Source: Candidatus Cloacimonadota bacterium | GTDB taxonomy: Bacteria; Cloacimonadota; Cloacimonadia; Cloacimonadales; TCS61 | NCBI GenBank assembly: GCA_016935235.1 | Contig: JAFGRJ010000024.1 | Location: 1 to 48,559, forward strand | Direction of reading: 5' to 3' | DNA: 48,559 nt | Shown here: piece by piece, positions 27,985 to 37,678 of the stretch | Position numbering within the stretch: the stretch's first letter is position 1 | Layout of the letters: every line of letters begins with the position of its first letter | The notes under the pieces: model-generated | Seen by the model: only the letters and a program-made list of their open reading frames with translations | Told to the model about the DNA's origin: nothing | Database searches by the model: none | Position numbers and translations under genes: made by a program

Positions 27985-30900
27985 ATGAGATCAATAATGG
28001 TTTTTCTAATAATGCTTCTAATAATACCGCAGCTATATACACTGGTGCCAGCCTGTCCTCATAAGGTTGACGGCATCCTGTGCCAATTCAGTCAGCCTTC
28101 AGAGAAGTATCCACAATATAAGAGGCAGGGCAGGCGAGAACTACCGCAGGAGATACTGGTGCTTCTTGCTGATTTTCCTGATCAGGAATTCGATCTGGTC
28201 GCTGATTACCCTGATTCTTTAGCTCATGATGCAGCCTATTTTGAACGGTTGTTCTTCCATGTTGCCAGTTATTTCAGGGATGCTTCCTATGGCATATATG
28301 AAATCAGCCAGGAGAATTTTCTGATCTGGGAACAGGTATTTACTCTGCCACAGGACATGTCTTATTATGGCGATGATGAGTACTGGACCGAGCGCATAGC
28401 CGAGTTTGCCGTGGATCTGGTGATGCTGGCTGATCCGGACATCGATTTCACCCAGTATGATGCATTCTTTGTAGTCCATGCCGGAGCCGGGCAGGAGGCA
28501 GACATAACCGGCAATAATGAAGAAGAACTCTGGAGCACTTTCCTCACACGACGTTCTCTGCAGGCAGGTCTTGATCCGGAAAATGATGATTTTCCCGGGA
28601 TCTGGTGTAATGATGGCATCTATCTGACAGAATTCGTGATCTGTCCCGAGGCTGAATGGCAACCGGATCTTGGTCCTAACGACCCCATCTATGGCGTAAT
28701 GGGTGTTTACTGTCATCAATTTGGACACCAGATAGGTCTACCCACTCTTTATGATAATGATTCTTCCAATGGCTCTTCGGGAGGTATTGGTGGTTTTGGC
28801 CTGATGGGAACAGCTCTGTGGAATGCCAATGGCTTCGTTCCCAGTCTGCCCTGTGCCTGGACGCGCTGCTACCTGGGGTGGGAAGATGAGAATCTGCTGC
28901 TGCTGGAAAGCGATCAGGTTGATCAGGCCATAGTCTTTCCCCATGCCAATGATGAAGACACGCCCCGGGTTTACCAGGCCAAGATCTCTGATAAGGAATA
29001 TTTCCTGCTGGAGAACAGGCAGCAGAACCCTGATGGCAGCACCTGGAACGGGGAAGCTACTTTCACCTTTCAATTGCTTCCTCCCGGAGAGCAGGACATC
29101 TATCCCCCTGGACATCCCTATGCCGGTCAACCCAAATTCAATTTCATGGAAAATACCTATGAGGGGTGTGAATGGGATTTTTATCTTCCCGGTCTCGGTG
29201 GTCCCGATGAGCCGGTGATAGATGGATCCGGTCTTCTTATCTGGCATATTGATGAAAATATCATCGAGGCTAATTTCGATCCTGAATTCGAATCCAATTC
29301 GGTTAACGGTGATGCTGCTCATAAAGGTGTAGATCTGGAGGAAGCAGACGGTGTGCAGCATATGGATGTTAATAACACCATCTACAGCCGCGGTTCGGCT
29401 AAAGATGCCTACCGGGAAGGGAACAACGACTATTTTGGTAAGATGTATCTTGAGAACGGGGAACTTCATCTACCGGCGGCTGACAGTTATTATGGCGGCA
29501 ATCAGCTTGAGATTTATGAGATCAGCGCCTCGGATTCACTGATGGCATTCTCGATCAGTTTTGACTGGAATTTGAATACTGGATATGTAGGTGAAAATAT
29601 TTATCCTGCCGCGGTGGTTGATTTTGATGACGATGGGGATACAGAGATATTTTATCCCATGCCGGACGGTGAGCTTTATCTCTGGGATGATTTCGAACTG
29701 GTGACAGGATTCCCGGTGGACATTAATTTTCCCCTGAGCACTTTATATGCCTATAATGAAAGAGACAGAACCTTTCTGGTGCCATATTCTCATGAAGAAC
29801 CGCAGGAATATGCCGGGCTTTTCCTGGTAAATCAGGATTATCAGGAACCTGTCTTTCCACCCTATCTGGAAAGACGCTGGGCAGCAGGTCCACTGGTGAT
29901 ACCCGGGGACGATCCCCCTTATTCCGCAGTGGTTCCCATGGAATTTACTGATGGAAGCGGCAGTGAAATCAATTTCCTGGATGAAAATTATGAAGTTGTT
30001 ACAGCGATTGCAATGGAGGATACCTGGATAATCTCAAATCTTATCTACAAGAACGGGATTCTGAGATTGTTCTGTAAGACCGGGGAAGGTTATTATCTGC
30101 ACAGCCTGAACATCATTGATATGATAGTTGTCCCTAATGATATTGATGTTTTTCCAGATTCCACGCTTATTCATTCTGCAGTTCTAGCGGATATAAACTG
30201 CGATCAACAGGATGAAATAATTGTTACTACTGTTTATCCGGACACATTGGTATACGTGTTCAACCAAGCGGTCGATCTTCTGCCGGGATTCCCGGTAGGG
30301 ATCTCCCTGCATGCCATCTCTTTTCCTTCTCTGGCAGATGTTGATGGTAACGGATGTCTTGATATCATCATCGGTGGGGAAAATTCCTTCCTCATTATTA
30401 ATAAAAACGGAGATACATCAGGTCCTTCACAGTCTTTATCTTCGCCTGACTCATTGTTTCTGGCAGCCGGGGTAATGGCTCTTGACCTAGATAACGATGC
30501 GAAGCTTGAAATAGCAGGCAATATGTCACGCAACAGGTTGACGGTTTGGGAAAACATAAATAACAACGATTTCGAGATCAACTATAATTATCCCATATCC
30601 TTTGGACAGCGCAGTCGCAGCCTTCCCATTATCGATACTTCGGATAACACTCTGTTCATGGCTGCTGACAATGGTTATATTTACAGGCAGCAATATGACT
30701 GGACGCTTTTCCTTCCCACCTGGCACTGCGAATTGGGAAATCTGCAGAGGACTTCCTCGTATCTGGGAAATCTGCCCATAAATGAATATATAACCACTGA
30801 AATATTCATAAAGGAGGAAACCTATATCTATCCCAATCCTTACAGCAGTATTTTCAACAGTACAATTGTCAATGGCAGGGAAGAGCCTGGAAAGATAGCT

Positions 30901-31110
30901 TTAAGGATAATGACCTCAGCGGATACCAGGGTCGAAATAAAAATATTTGACATTGCCGGTAATATAATACATAAGAATAAAATCGATTGCCAGGCTTATC
31001 TTAAGAAAAGCCTGCTGATACCGGCAGAAGATTTTTCATCCGGGATCTATTTTGCCCTGTTGAAAACCAGGGGAAAGGTAATGAAATTGAATTTTGCAGT
31101 TGAGAAATGA
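27985..31110 (+). CDS. Secreted M6 (immune inhibitor A)-like metalloprotease homolog with FG-GAP/VCBS-like repeats and a T9SS-type C-terminal domain; active-site Glu replaced by Gln
   Basis: 1041 aa with a signal peptide. The M6-like core contains CHQFGHQIGLPTLYD (compare HExxHxxGLPDxYD). Has DxDxDG-type repeats (DFDDDGDTEIF, DVDGNGCLDIIIGG). The C-terminal YIYPNPY...SGIYFALLK...FAVEK resembles a T9SS/FlgD-Ig sorting domain. Confidence 0.7.
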   Translation: MRSIMVFLIMLLIIPQLYTLVPACPHKVDGILCQFSQPSEKYPQYKRQGRRELPQEILVLLADFPDQEFDLVADYPDSLAHDAAYFERLFFHVASYFRDASYGIYEISQENFLIWEQVFTLPQDMSYYGDDEYWTERIAEFAVDLVMLADPDIDFTQYDAFFVVHAGAGQEADITGNNEEELWSTFLTRRSLQAGLDPENDDFPGIWCNDGIYLTEFVICPEAEWQPDLGPNDPIYGVMGVYCHQFGHQIGLPTLYDNDSSNGSSGGIGGFGLMGTALWNANGFVPSLPCAWTRCYLGWEDENLLLLESDQVDQAIVFPHANDEDTPRVYQAKISDKEYFLLENRQQNPDGSTWNGEATFTFQLLPPGEQDIYPPGHPYAGQPKFNFMENTYEGCEWDFYLPGLGGPDEPVIDGSGLLIWHIDENIIEANFDPEFESNSVNGDAAHKGVDLEEADGVQHMDVNNTIYSRGSAKDAYREGNNDYFGKMYLENGELHLPAADSYYGGNQLEIYEISASDSLMAFSISFDWNLNTGYVGENIYPAAVVDFDDDGDTEIFYPMPDGELYLWDDFELVTGFPVDINFPLSTLYAYNERDRTFLVPYSHEEPQEYAGLFLVNQDYQEPVFPPYLERRWAAGPLVIPGDDPPYSAVVPMEFTDGSGSEINFLDENYEVVTAIAMEDTWIISNLIYKNGILRLFCKTGEGYYLHSLNIIDMIVVPNDIDVFPDSTLIHSAVLADINCDQQDEIIVTTVYPDTLVYVFNQAVDLLPGFPVGISLHAISFPSLADVDGNGCLDIIIGGENSFLIINKNGDTSGPSQSLSSPDSLFLAAGVMALDLDNDAKLEIAGNMSRNRLTVWENINNNDFEINYNYPISFGQRSRSLPIIDTSDNTLFMAADNGYIYRQQYDWTLFLPTWHCELGNLQRTSSYLGNLPINEYITTEIFIKEETYIYPNPYSSIFNSTIVNGREEPGKIALRIMTSADTRVEIKIFDIAGNIIHKNKIDCQAYLKKSLLIPAEDFSSGIYFALLKTRGKVMKLNFAVEK

Positions 31111-31141
31111 TATTTTTCCGATAAGAATTTCTGGAGGATAA

Positions 31142-32038
31142 ATGAAAAAGACAATAAATCTGCTGCTGTTACTGGTGTTTACAGCAGTATTGTCAGCTGA
31201 AGCGAAAGGTGAATACGGCTTCAAGATGCTGACTATTGACACAGGCGCGGCCATCGCAGCCCTGGGAGGAACCGGAGCATTCTCAACTCAGGATGCCTTT
31301 GCCCCCCTTTCTAATCCTTCGGCCTCTCTCCTGAACCAGGGCAAAACTATCTCAGTAACTCAGAATTACTGGATTTTTGATACTTCCCTCACCAGTATTG
31401 GGTATGTATCAAGTACGGGAAATAAAGCAATGGGCATTTACCTGCGCCAGCTTGATTATGGTAAATTCCAGGAGAGAGACGATTCGGGGGAATTGATTGG
31501 CGAATTTCACCCCATTGATCTGGTGATGACACTTAATGTGTCTTACCGTATAAAGCCAGACCATTATCTGGGAGCTGATGTCAGTGCCCTTTACGAAAAG
31601 ATTGATAATGCTTCCAGCCTAGGAGGGGCTATCTCTATTGGTTATGTCTACTTCACACCATTACGGGGAATAAAAGTTGCCGCTGCCCTGAAACACCTTG
31701 GTTATACTTCCACGATGAACGAGGAAAATATTAAACTTCCCGTAAACGGAGAGTTATCTCTTATTAAGGACTGGGAATTCGAGATCTGCAATATTGCAGC
31801 AGAAATTAAAGCAATGCAGAATATTGATGATGAACAGGTTAAGGCAGTTATTGGTTTGAATTCGGTGCTTTATGATAGATTAAGCCTTAGATTGGCTTAT
31901 AGACTGAATTATGATGCGGAGGATTTTTCTGCCGGATTAGGCTTCCGCTTCCGCAACTTTCAGCTGGATTATGCTTACATCCCCTTCGATTTCGAGATAG
32001 AAGATGTTCATATAATTGGGCTATCATATCATTTTTAG
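31142..32038 (+). CDS. PorV/PorQ-family-like outer-membrane beta-barrel
   Basis: 298 aa with a signal peptide. The N-terminal FKMLTIDTGAAIAALGGTGAF...NPSAS resembles the PorV/PorQ N-terminal signature. Ends in an aromatic residue (SYHF). GGAGG RBS. Sits between two T9SS-type cargo genes with 31- and 15-nt gaps. Confidence 0.55.
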   Translation: MKKTINLLLLLVFTAVLSAEAKGEYGFKMLTIDTGAAIAALGGTGAFSTQDAFAPLSNPSASLLNQGKTISVTQNYWIFDTSLTSIGYVSSTGNKAMGIYLRQLDYGKFQERDDSGELIGEFHPIDLVMTLNVSYRIKPDHYLGADVSALYEKIDNASSLGGAISIGYVYFTPLRGIKVAAALKHLGYTSTMNEENIKLPVNGELSLIKDWEFEICNIAAEIKAMQNIDDEQVKAVIGLNSVLYDRLSLRLAYRLNYDAEDFSAGLGFRFRNFQLDYAYIPFDFEIEDVHIIGLSYHF

Positions 32039-32053
32039 GAAAATTCCCTGAGT

Positions 32054-35000
32054 ATGAAAGTTAGATTACTTCTGGTAATGATATTTCTGACTGTGCAGGC
32101 GCTTTCCGGAAATACTCCGGATAGGGTGCCCCGGGAAATGATCGTGAGAACCGGTGAAGTACGCCAGATTAGAAATATGGGGCTGGGTCTGGCGGATTTC
32201 GACCAGTTCCTAAGCGATAACCAGGCTCACAAGATCAAGCCGATCACCAATAAAAGCGATAATCGTTATTATGTGATTTCTTTTATGGATGAACTGGATT
32301 GGGATGAAATTAATGCAGTTGAATTCGAAGGAATAGATTACATTCAACCCAATTATATCAACAGGTTTAACATGATGCCTAACGACACTTATTTCGTTAC
32401 CGGTGATCAATGGGCACTTCATCAGGAGGATGGTCTTGATATCAATGCGGTTGAAGCCTGGGATTATACTACGGGCAGCAGTCAGATCATAATCGGTCTG
32501 GTAGATTCTGGGCTTCATTTTGATCATCCTGATATTCAGCAGAATGTTTTTTATAATGACGGTGAAATTCCTGATGATGGGATCGACAATGATGAAAACG
32601 GTTATGTGGATGACTGGCGGGGCTGGGATTTCGTTGATGCTGCCGAACTGGTCGATATAGCTTTAGGTGACTATATTGATCAGGATAATGATCCAACCGA
32701 TGATCTTAATCACGGAACTCATCTCGCCGGGATTATTGCGGCGGATACCAATAATGAACAGGGGGTGGCTGGAATATGCTGGCATGCACGGATACTGGTG
32801 ATCAGGGCAGGATTTAAAACAGTTGATGGCGTAGGTTATCTTCAGGACGATGATGCTGCTGCCGGTATCATCTATGCAGCCGACATGGGTGCTGATGTCG
32901 TTAATGTAAGCTGGGGTGATGACACTTTTTCCCAGATCATCGGGGATGCCTGTAGCTATGCTTACCAGAAGGGAACAATAATCGTGGCTTCCTCCGGCAA
33001 CACCTACGGTCCGGGAATAATGTATCCAGCATACCTTTCTACTACCATCAGCGTTGGTTCTGTAGATCATTTCTTTCAGAGAGCATCATTTTCCAGTTAC
33101 GGACCACAGCTTGACCTGGTGGCTCCCGGCGTTTCAATATTCAGTTCCTATGGAAACGATGAGGATAATTATTACAAGGAACAATCGGGAACATCCATGT
33201 CAGCTCCTTTTGTAACAGCCAGCATTGCCCTTCTGTTGTCGGTAGAGTCAGGATTTTCCTTTAATCAGATCAGGACCAGGCTCAACAGCTCCTGTTTTGA
33301 TCTGGGGACAGATGGCTATGATAATGAATACGGAAACGGTCTTCTTGACATTGAAGGATTTCTTACCAACACCTCCTGTCCCATATTGGAGATAACTTAT
33401 CCCACTGAAAATTCAGGATTCAGCCAGAATTTTGACATTATCGGCACTGTTCTGGCAGATAATTTCTCCAAGTACACAGTAATGTACACTACCAATCCCA
33501 TTCCATCACCGATGGACTGGTTAGATGTAACATATCCCCATAGCAATACTCCGGTATATAAATTTATCCAGGCTGATAATGAGGTTCTGGCTACATTCGA
33601 TATCCAGGGAATAAGTCCGGAATTTGATGAATATCGGTTGAAACTGGAAGTAATGACCACGGATAATAAGCATTACGACACGAGTAGAAATATATTTATC
33701 GATAAAACGGAACCAACCTTTTATGATTCTCTGGCGGGCATCATGAAAAGGTATGACGGCGAATATGTTAAATACTATTTGCAGGCAGTTTTCAACGAAC
33801 CCATATATGCCCAGATCTATTATTCTCCGCAGGATGGGCCGAGACGGGAAGTGTCCTGCAGCAATTTCGCCGATTCTGTTCAGATCATTTACATCCCCCG
33901 CCCGGAGATGGGGGACGAGGATATATTTGTTGATGCGACCAACATATGTGGTCTGGAAATCTATCTAACTCCTCAGGATCATACTTATATGCTGCCTGAT
34001 GATTTTGAAAGTATTGCAGTCAATGACTATATTCAGGAGCTGGGGGGCAACATGATTGTCGCTGCCCGGAAACCGCTGGATGTGGATGGCAATGGCTTCA
34101 TGGAATTTCTGGCTCTCGAATTTGATGAAGATGGCAATCAAAACCTGAGAATTTTCGAATTCGCTGATGACGAACTGATAATTAAAACCTCCTTTTCCTT
34201 CGACATCTGGCCGCAGGACATCGGGTATACTGCCCCGGGGGATTTCACCATTCTGGGGGTGGACGGTGATCTGGCAATGTTGTATAATTGTGAAGCTGGA
34301 AGCCTCTATCCCAACCATCTCTTATGGGTGGAGACCAATGTTTATGGCGGTAGCCTGATAGATTTCGATAATGATGGTATTGACGATATAGCTATTATAA
34401 AGAATGAAAACATAGGTAATACCACCCAGCGGGTTCTAGCCCTTTATAAAAGGTACACTAACGGAATATTGAAACTCCATACCATTTTGAACCAGACCCC
34501 CACTTCCTTCAAGAACGAGTTTGTGAACAGGATCTATTGTGGAAATCTGGATGGCGATGTTTATCAAGACCTGCTGCTCAGCGATACGGACGGTGATATC
34601 TTGATAATCGAGAAAGATAATTATCCCAATGAATATGAAGTGAAATTCTATCACCGTTTACCTGTAGGCAATGCCTATTATGCCGCGATGGGAGATTTTA
34701 CGGGCGATGGCCTGCAGGATTTCTGTGTGGGTGGTTTTTCTAGAAATTATGCTGATCCTTACAAGACTTTTTCCTTCTTCGAATTCTTCACCAGTACAGC
34801 AGTGAATGACGAATATATTAGCCTGGGATATCTCAGCTTTGACCAGGTGGAAGCTAAAAATTCGATAGCCAATGCCGATCTGGATGGTGACGGAGATGAT
34901 GAAATAATCCTCTGTCTTCCCCCCAATGCCTATATAATAGATTATGTGAATGGCCAGTTCAAACCGGTCTGGAAGGGAGATGCATCAATAACCTTTCAGA

Positions 35001-36289
35001 ATACAATTACAGCTATTTCTGCCTCCGAGTTCGAAAACGGCAAAGCCCTGCTTCCCCTTGAATCTGCCGGCGATGTCCACACTAGCCTGATCACGAAGGC
35101 AGCTGATTTTACCGGGCCACCTACCCCGGGGAATTTCACGGTTCAGCCTCTGAACGAGAACAGTGCGAGATTGTGCTGGGGCTGGGAAGGGAATTTTGAT
35201 TTTTTCAATATCTACCGGCAGCAGAATGGCGCAGTCGAATTGCTCGATTCAGTAACTGACCTCAGGTACACAGATACTGGATTATCTCTGGGTGATACCC
35301 TTACTTATCAGATAACCCTGGTTGACAGCCAGTTTTATCCTGCCGAAAGTCGACCCACGCTTTGGAAACAGGCCGTTCCCATGCCAGTTCCCCAGATTGT
35401 TTCCATCAGGATGGCAGCAACCAATATACTCAGGGTTGAGTTCGATCAGATGCTCAACAACGATGCCATAGGAGTTATTCACTACAAGGTTAATAACAAT
35501 GTGGGCAGACCAGTTTCCGTCAATTTCATCATAGAGAAAAAAGGTCTGATTATGACCTTTCTGAAGCCGTTACCTGACTTTGGGGACTATGAGCTGGAAA
35601 TAACCGGTATTACTGGCAACACGGGAGTTCCATTTCCAGATAGCGTTTTTCCCTTCGATCATCAATCAGATACTGAACCACCTTCTATCATCGCTGCCCA
35701 TGTAAAAGGAAAACAGGTGGTAAAAATATACTTCTCAGAAGCGATACAGGAAGATGATATCATAGACCTGGATAACTATTCCCTTGTACCACCATCCACG
35801 GATAGTGATAATGAGATTGTCGATCTTGTCTATCACCAGGCTTTTCCCGATTCTTTCTTTGTGGAAGTATTCCTGCTCAAGGAAATGGAATATTCCAGGC
35901 GCAGATATTTTCTTAAGGTCAGCGATATTCATGACCTGGTCGGGAATGTAATCACCAATAACGGAAATAAATGCAGGTTCAGCTTAACTGATATTACTGA
36001 TCTTGATAATGTAAAAGTATATCCCAATCCTTTCTACCCTGCCACTGATACTGAATTGAAATTCGTTCAGCTACCGCTTGGGGAAAAGGGCAATATCTGG
36101 ATTTATGATCTGAGCGGGGAGATCATTTATCATAATGAATTCGGACCACTCACCGATTCGGAGTTCAATAATATTTACAGCTGGAATGGTAAAAACGGGT
36201 CTGGTAATAAGGTATCATCAGGTATTTATTTTTATGTAATGAGAATGGGATCAGCCTATAAAAAAGGGAAATTTGCATTAATAAACTGA
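32054..36289 (+). CDS. Secreted S8 (subtilisin-like) serine protease with FG-GAP, FN3/Ig-like domains and a T9SS-type C-terminal domain
   Basis: 1411 aa. The catalytic triad contexts are intact: GLVDSGL (Asp), HGTHLAGIIAA (His), GTSMSAPFVTA (Ser). The C-terminal VYPNPFYP...SGIYFYVM...KFALIN is a sorting-domain pattern. Confidence 0.85.
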   Translation: MKVRLLLVMIFLTVQALSGNTPDRVPREMIVRTGEVRQIRNMGLGLADFDQFLSDNQAHKIKPITNKSDNRYYVISFMDELDWDEINAVEFEGIDYIQPNYINRFNMMPNDTYFVTGDQWALHQEDGLDINAVEAWDYTTGSSQIIIGLVDSGLHFDHPDIQQNVFYNDGEIPDDGIDNDENGYVDDWRGWDFVDAAELVDIALGDYIDQDNDPTDDLNHGTHLAGIIAADTNNEQGVAGICWHARILVIRAGFKTVDGVGYLQDDDAAAGIIYAADMGADVVNVSWGDDTFSQIIGDACSYAYQKGTIIVASSGNTYGPGIMYPAYLSTTISVGSVDHFFQRASFSSYGPQLDLVAPGVSIFSSYGNDEDNYYKEQSGTSMSAPFVTASIALLLSVESGFSFNQIRTRLNSSCFDLGTDGYDNEYGNGLLDIEGFLTNTSCPILEITYPTENSGFSQNFDIIGTVLADNFSKYTVMYTTNPIPSPMDWLDVTYPHSNTPVYKFIQADNEVLATFDIQGISPEFDEYRLKLEVMTTDNKHYDTSRNIFIDKTEPTFYDSLAGIMKRYDGEYVKYYLQAVFNEPIYAQIYYSPQDGPRREVSCSNFADSVQIIYIPRPEMGDEDIFVDATNICGLEIYLTPQDHTYMLPDDFESIAVNDYIQELGGNMIVAARKPLDVDGNGFMEFLALEFDEDGNQNLRIFEFADDELIIKTSFSFDIWPQDIGYTAPGDFTILGVDGDLAMLYNCEAGSLYPNHLLWVETNVYGGSLIDFDNDGIDDIAIIKNENIGNTTQRVLALYKRYTNGILKLHTILNQTPTSFKNEFVNRIYCGNLDGDVYQDLLLSDTDGDILIIEKDNYPNEYEVKFYHRLPVGNAYYAAMGDFTGDGLQDFCVGGFSRNYADPYKTFSFFEFFTSTAVNDEYISLGYLSFDQVEAKNSIANADLDGDGDDEIILCLPPNAYIIDYVNGQFKPVWKGDASITFQNTITAISASEFENGKALLPLESAGDVHTSLITKAADFTGPPTPGNFTVQPLNENSARLCWGWEGNFDFFNIYRQQNGAVELLDSVTDLRYTDTGLSLGDTLTYQITLVDSQFYPAESRPTLWKQAVPMPVPQIVSIRMAATNILRVEFDQMLNNDAIGVIHYKVNNNVGRPVSVNFIIEKKGLIMTFLKPLPDFGDYELEITGITGNTGVPFPDSVFPFDHQSDTEPPSIIAAHVKGKQVVKIYFSEAIQEDDIIDLDNYSLVPPSTDSDNEIVDLVYHQAFPDSFFVEVFLLKEMEYSRRRYFLKVSDIHDLVGNVITNNGNKCRFSLTDITDLDNVKVYPNPFYPATDTELKFVQLPLGEKGNIWIYDLSGEIIYHNEFGPLTDSEFNNIYSWNGKNGSGNKVSSGIYFYVMRMGSAYKKGKFALIN

Positions 36290-36380
36290 TGGAACGGGAT
36301 TATCCTGGTATGATTCTAGATTTGAGTTTAAGAAAATATTATGCAAGTTGTCAGACAGCGGGTACAGCAAGGAGTTAAAA

Positions 36381-37196
36381 ATGATATCCCTGGATTGGAT
36401 TGAAAGACTGAAAAAGGATACTGTGGATTTTTATGAGAGAAAGCTGCCTGCAGGTGATTATGATATCGATATAGTTTATAATGCTTATCCTCAGAGAATC
36501 GACAATAAAGTGCCTAACGCAGTACTTACTCTGGTGGGGAAGACCCTCGGCAGTATCATGGCTAAAGATGCTGACCGGTATTTTAATTTTTTCAATTACC
36601 TGATCAGTCAGAAAGGCGAGAACGGCAGGATTATATTTTCCTATATCATGGCGCGAGCAGTAAGAAGAAAGCCAGATGTTTTCATTGATTACATCCAGGA
36701 ATTCCTTCTGAAAAACAAGGATCAGAAAACGAGTAATCTCCTTATAGATAAAGCTATATTACCACTTTTCAAGAAGAATACGGCAAATTACCTGGAACTT
36801 CTACTGAAATGGATTAAACATGATAACTCATGCCTGAATAAAGGTATGGAAAAAATGCTGACCAAGCTGGTGATCTATGACTCATCTCTCGTCCGACCGA
36901 TTTTTCATAAACTGGAGACATCCTGGCTTTATGCTACTCCGAGCATGATAAAATTCAATTCCAATTTCCTCAAGATTATCCATAAAGCAGATCCTGATTT
37001 TTACCTTTCCATTTTCAAGAATTACCATAATACCAGAAATCCGGTTTTTGCTGAAATATTGAGCGGAGCTATTGTCGTCTATGAAAAAGCAATTTACGAG
37101 ATGGTGGATAACTGGACTCAGAGTGGTAATGTTAACCTTAAGAAGATAGGTCAGCATGCCATGAAAATGTTGAAGAAAAAGAAGGTCAAAAGGTAA
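36381..37196 (+). CDS. Hypothetical all-alpha (HEAT/armadillo-like?) protein
   Basis: I chose the ATG at 36381, preceded by AAGGAG; the track ORF starts at a TTG 33 nt earlier. 271 aa, helical and Lys-rich. The stop is 3 nt before greA. Confidence 0.5.
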   Translation: MISLDWIERLKKDTVDFYERKLPAGDYDIDIVYNAYPQRIDNKVPNAVLTLVGKTLGSIMAKDADRYFNFFNYLISQKGENGRIIFSYIMARAVRRKPDVFIDYIQEFLLKNKDQKTSNLLIDKAILPLFKKNTANYLELLLKWIKHDNSCLNKGMEKMLTKLVIYDSSLVRPIFHKLETSWLYATPSMIKFNSNFLKIIHKADPDFYLSIFKNYHNTRNPVFAEILSGAIVVYEKAIYEMVDNWTQSGNVNLKKIGQHAMKMLKKKKVKR

Positions 37197-37199
37197 AGA

Positions 37200-37670
37200 A
37201 TGTCTGACTATATAACCAGAGAGGGAATGAATATACTGCGCCAGCGGATGGAATATCTGGTCAGGCAGCGATCCGAGATCATCAAACAGGTGGCGAGCGC
37301 CAGGGAAATGGGTGACCTCAGTGAGAATGCTGAATATCATGCCGCCCGGGAACAGCAGCGTGTTGTTGAGAAGGAATATAACCATCTGCGTAAAAGGGTA
37401 ATGAAACTGAAGGTAATTGATGCGGAAAATATACCAAAGGATGCAGTTCGTTTCGGAGCCAGAGTAACCATCAGGGAAGTAAGTCAAGGCCGGATAAGAA
37501 AAATCCGTCTGGTGGGAATTGATGAAGTGTTTCATACCGATGACCAGTTTGAGCGGATGTCGATTGCATCCCCGATAGGTGAGGCAATGATCGGCAGGAA
37601 GAAAGGTGATCATTTTCAGGTAAGGGTTCCAATCGGGAAAAGGGAATTTGAAATTCTTGATATCGAGTAG
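37200..37670 (+). CDS. greA: Transcription elongation factor GreA
   Basis: 156 aa. ITREGMNILRQRMEYL...ARE.GDLSENAEYHAAREQQ is the Gre coiled-coil signature. Confidence 0.93.
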   Translation: MSDYITREGMNILRQRMEYLVRQRSEIIKQVASAREMGDLSENAEYHAAREQQRVVEKEYNHLRKRVMKLKVIDAENIPKDAVRFGARVTIREVSQGRIRKIRLVGIDEVFHTDDQFERMSIASPIGEAMIGRKKGDHFQVRVPIGKREFEILDIE

Positions 37671-37678
37671 GAGAAATT

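Noticed and set aside
28738-29469. Large antisense or off-frame ORFs inside confident genes. Examples are 28738-29469, 36882-37613, 40719-41252, 43164-43670, 26176-26670, 47754-48227, 5421-5864, 6404-6847 and 387-824.
   Set aside because: All lie wholly within genes that have strong family signatures on the other strand or frame. Their translations are low-complexity with no motifs. They are typical shadow ORFs.
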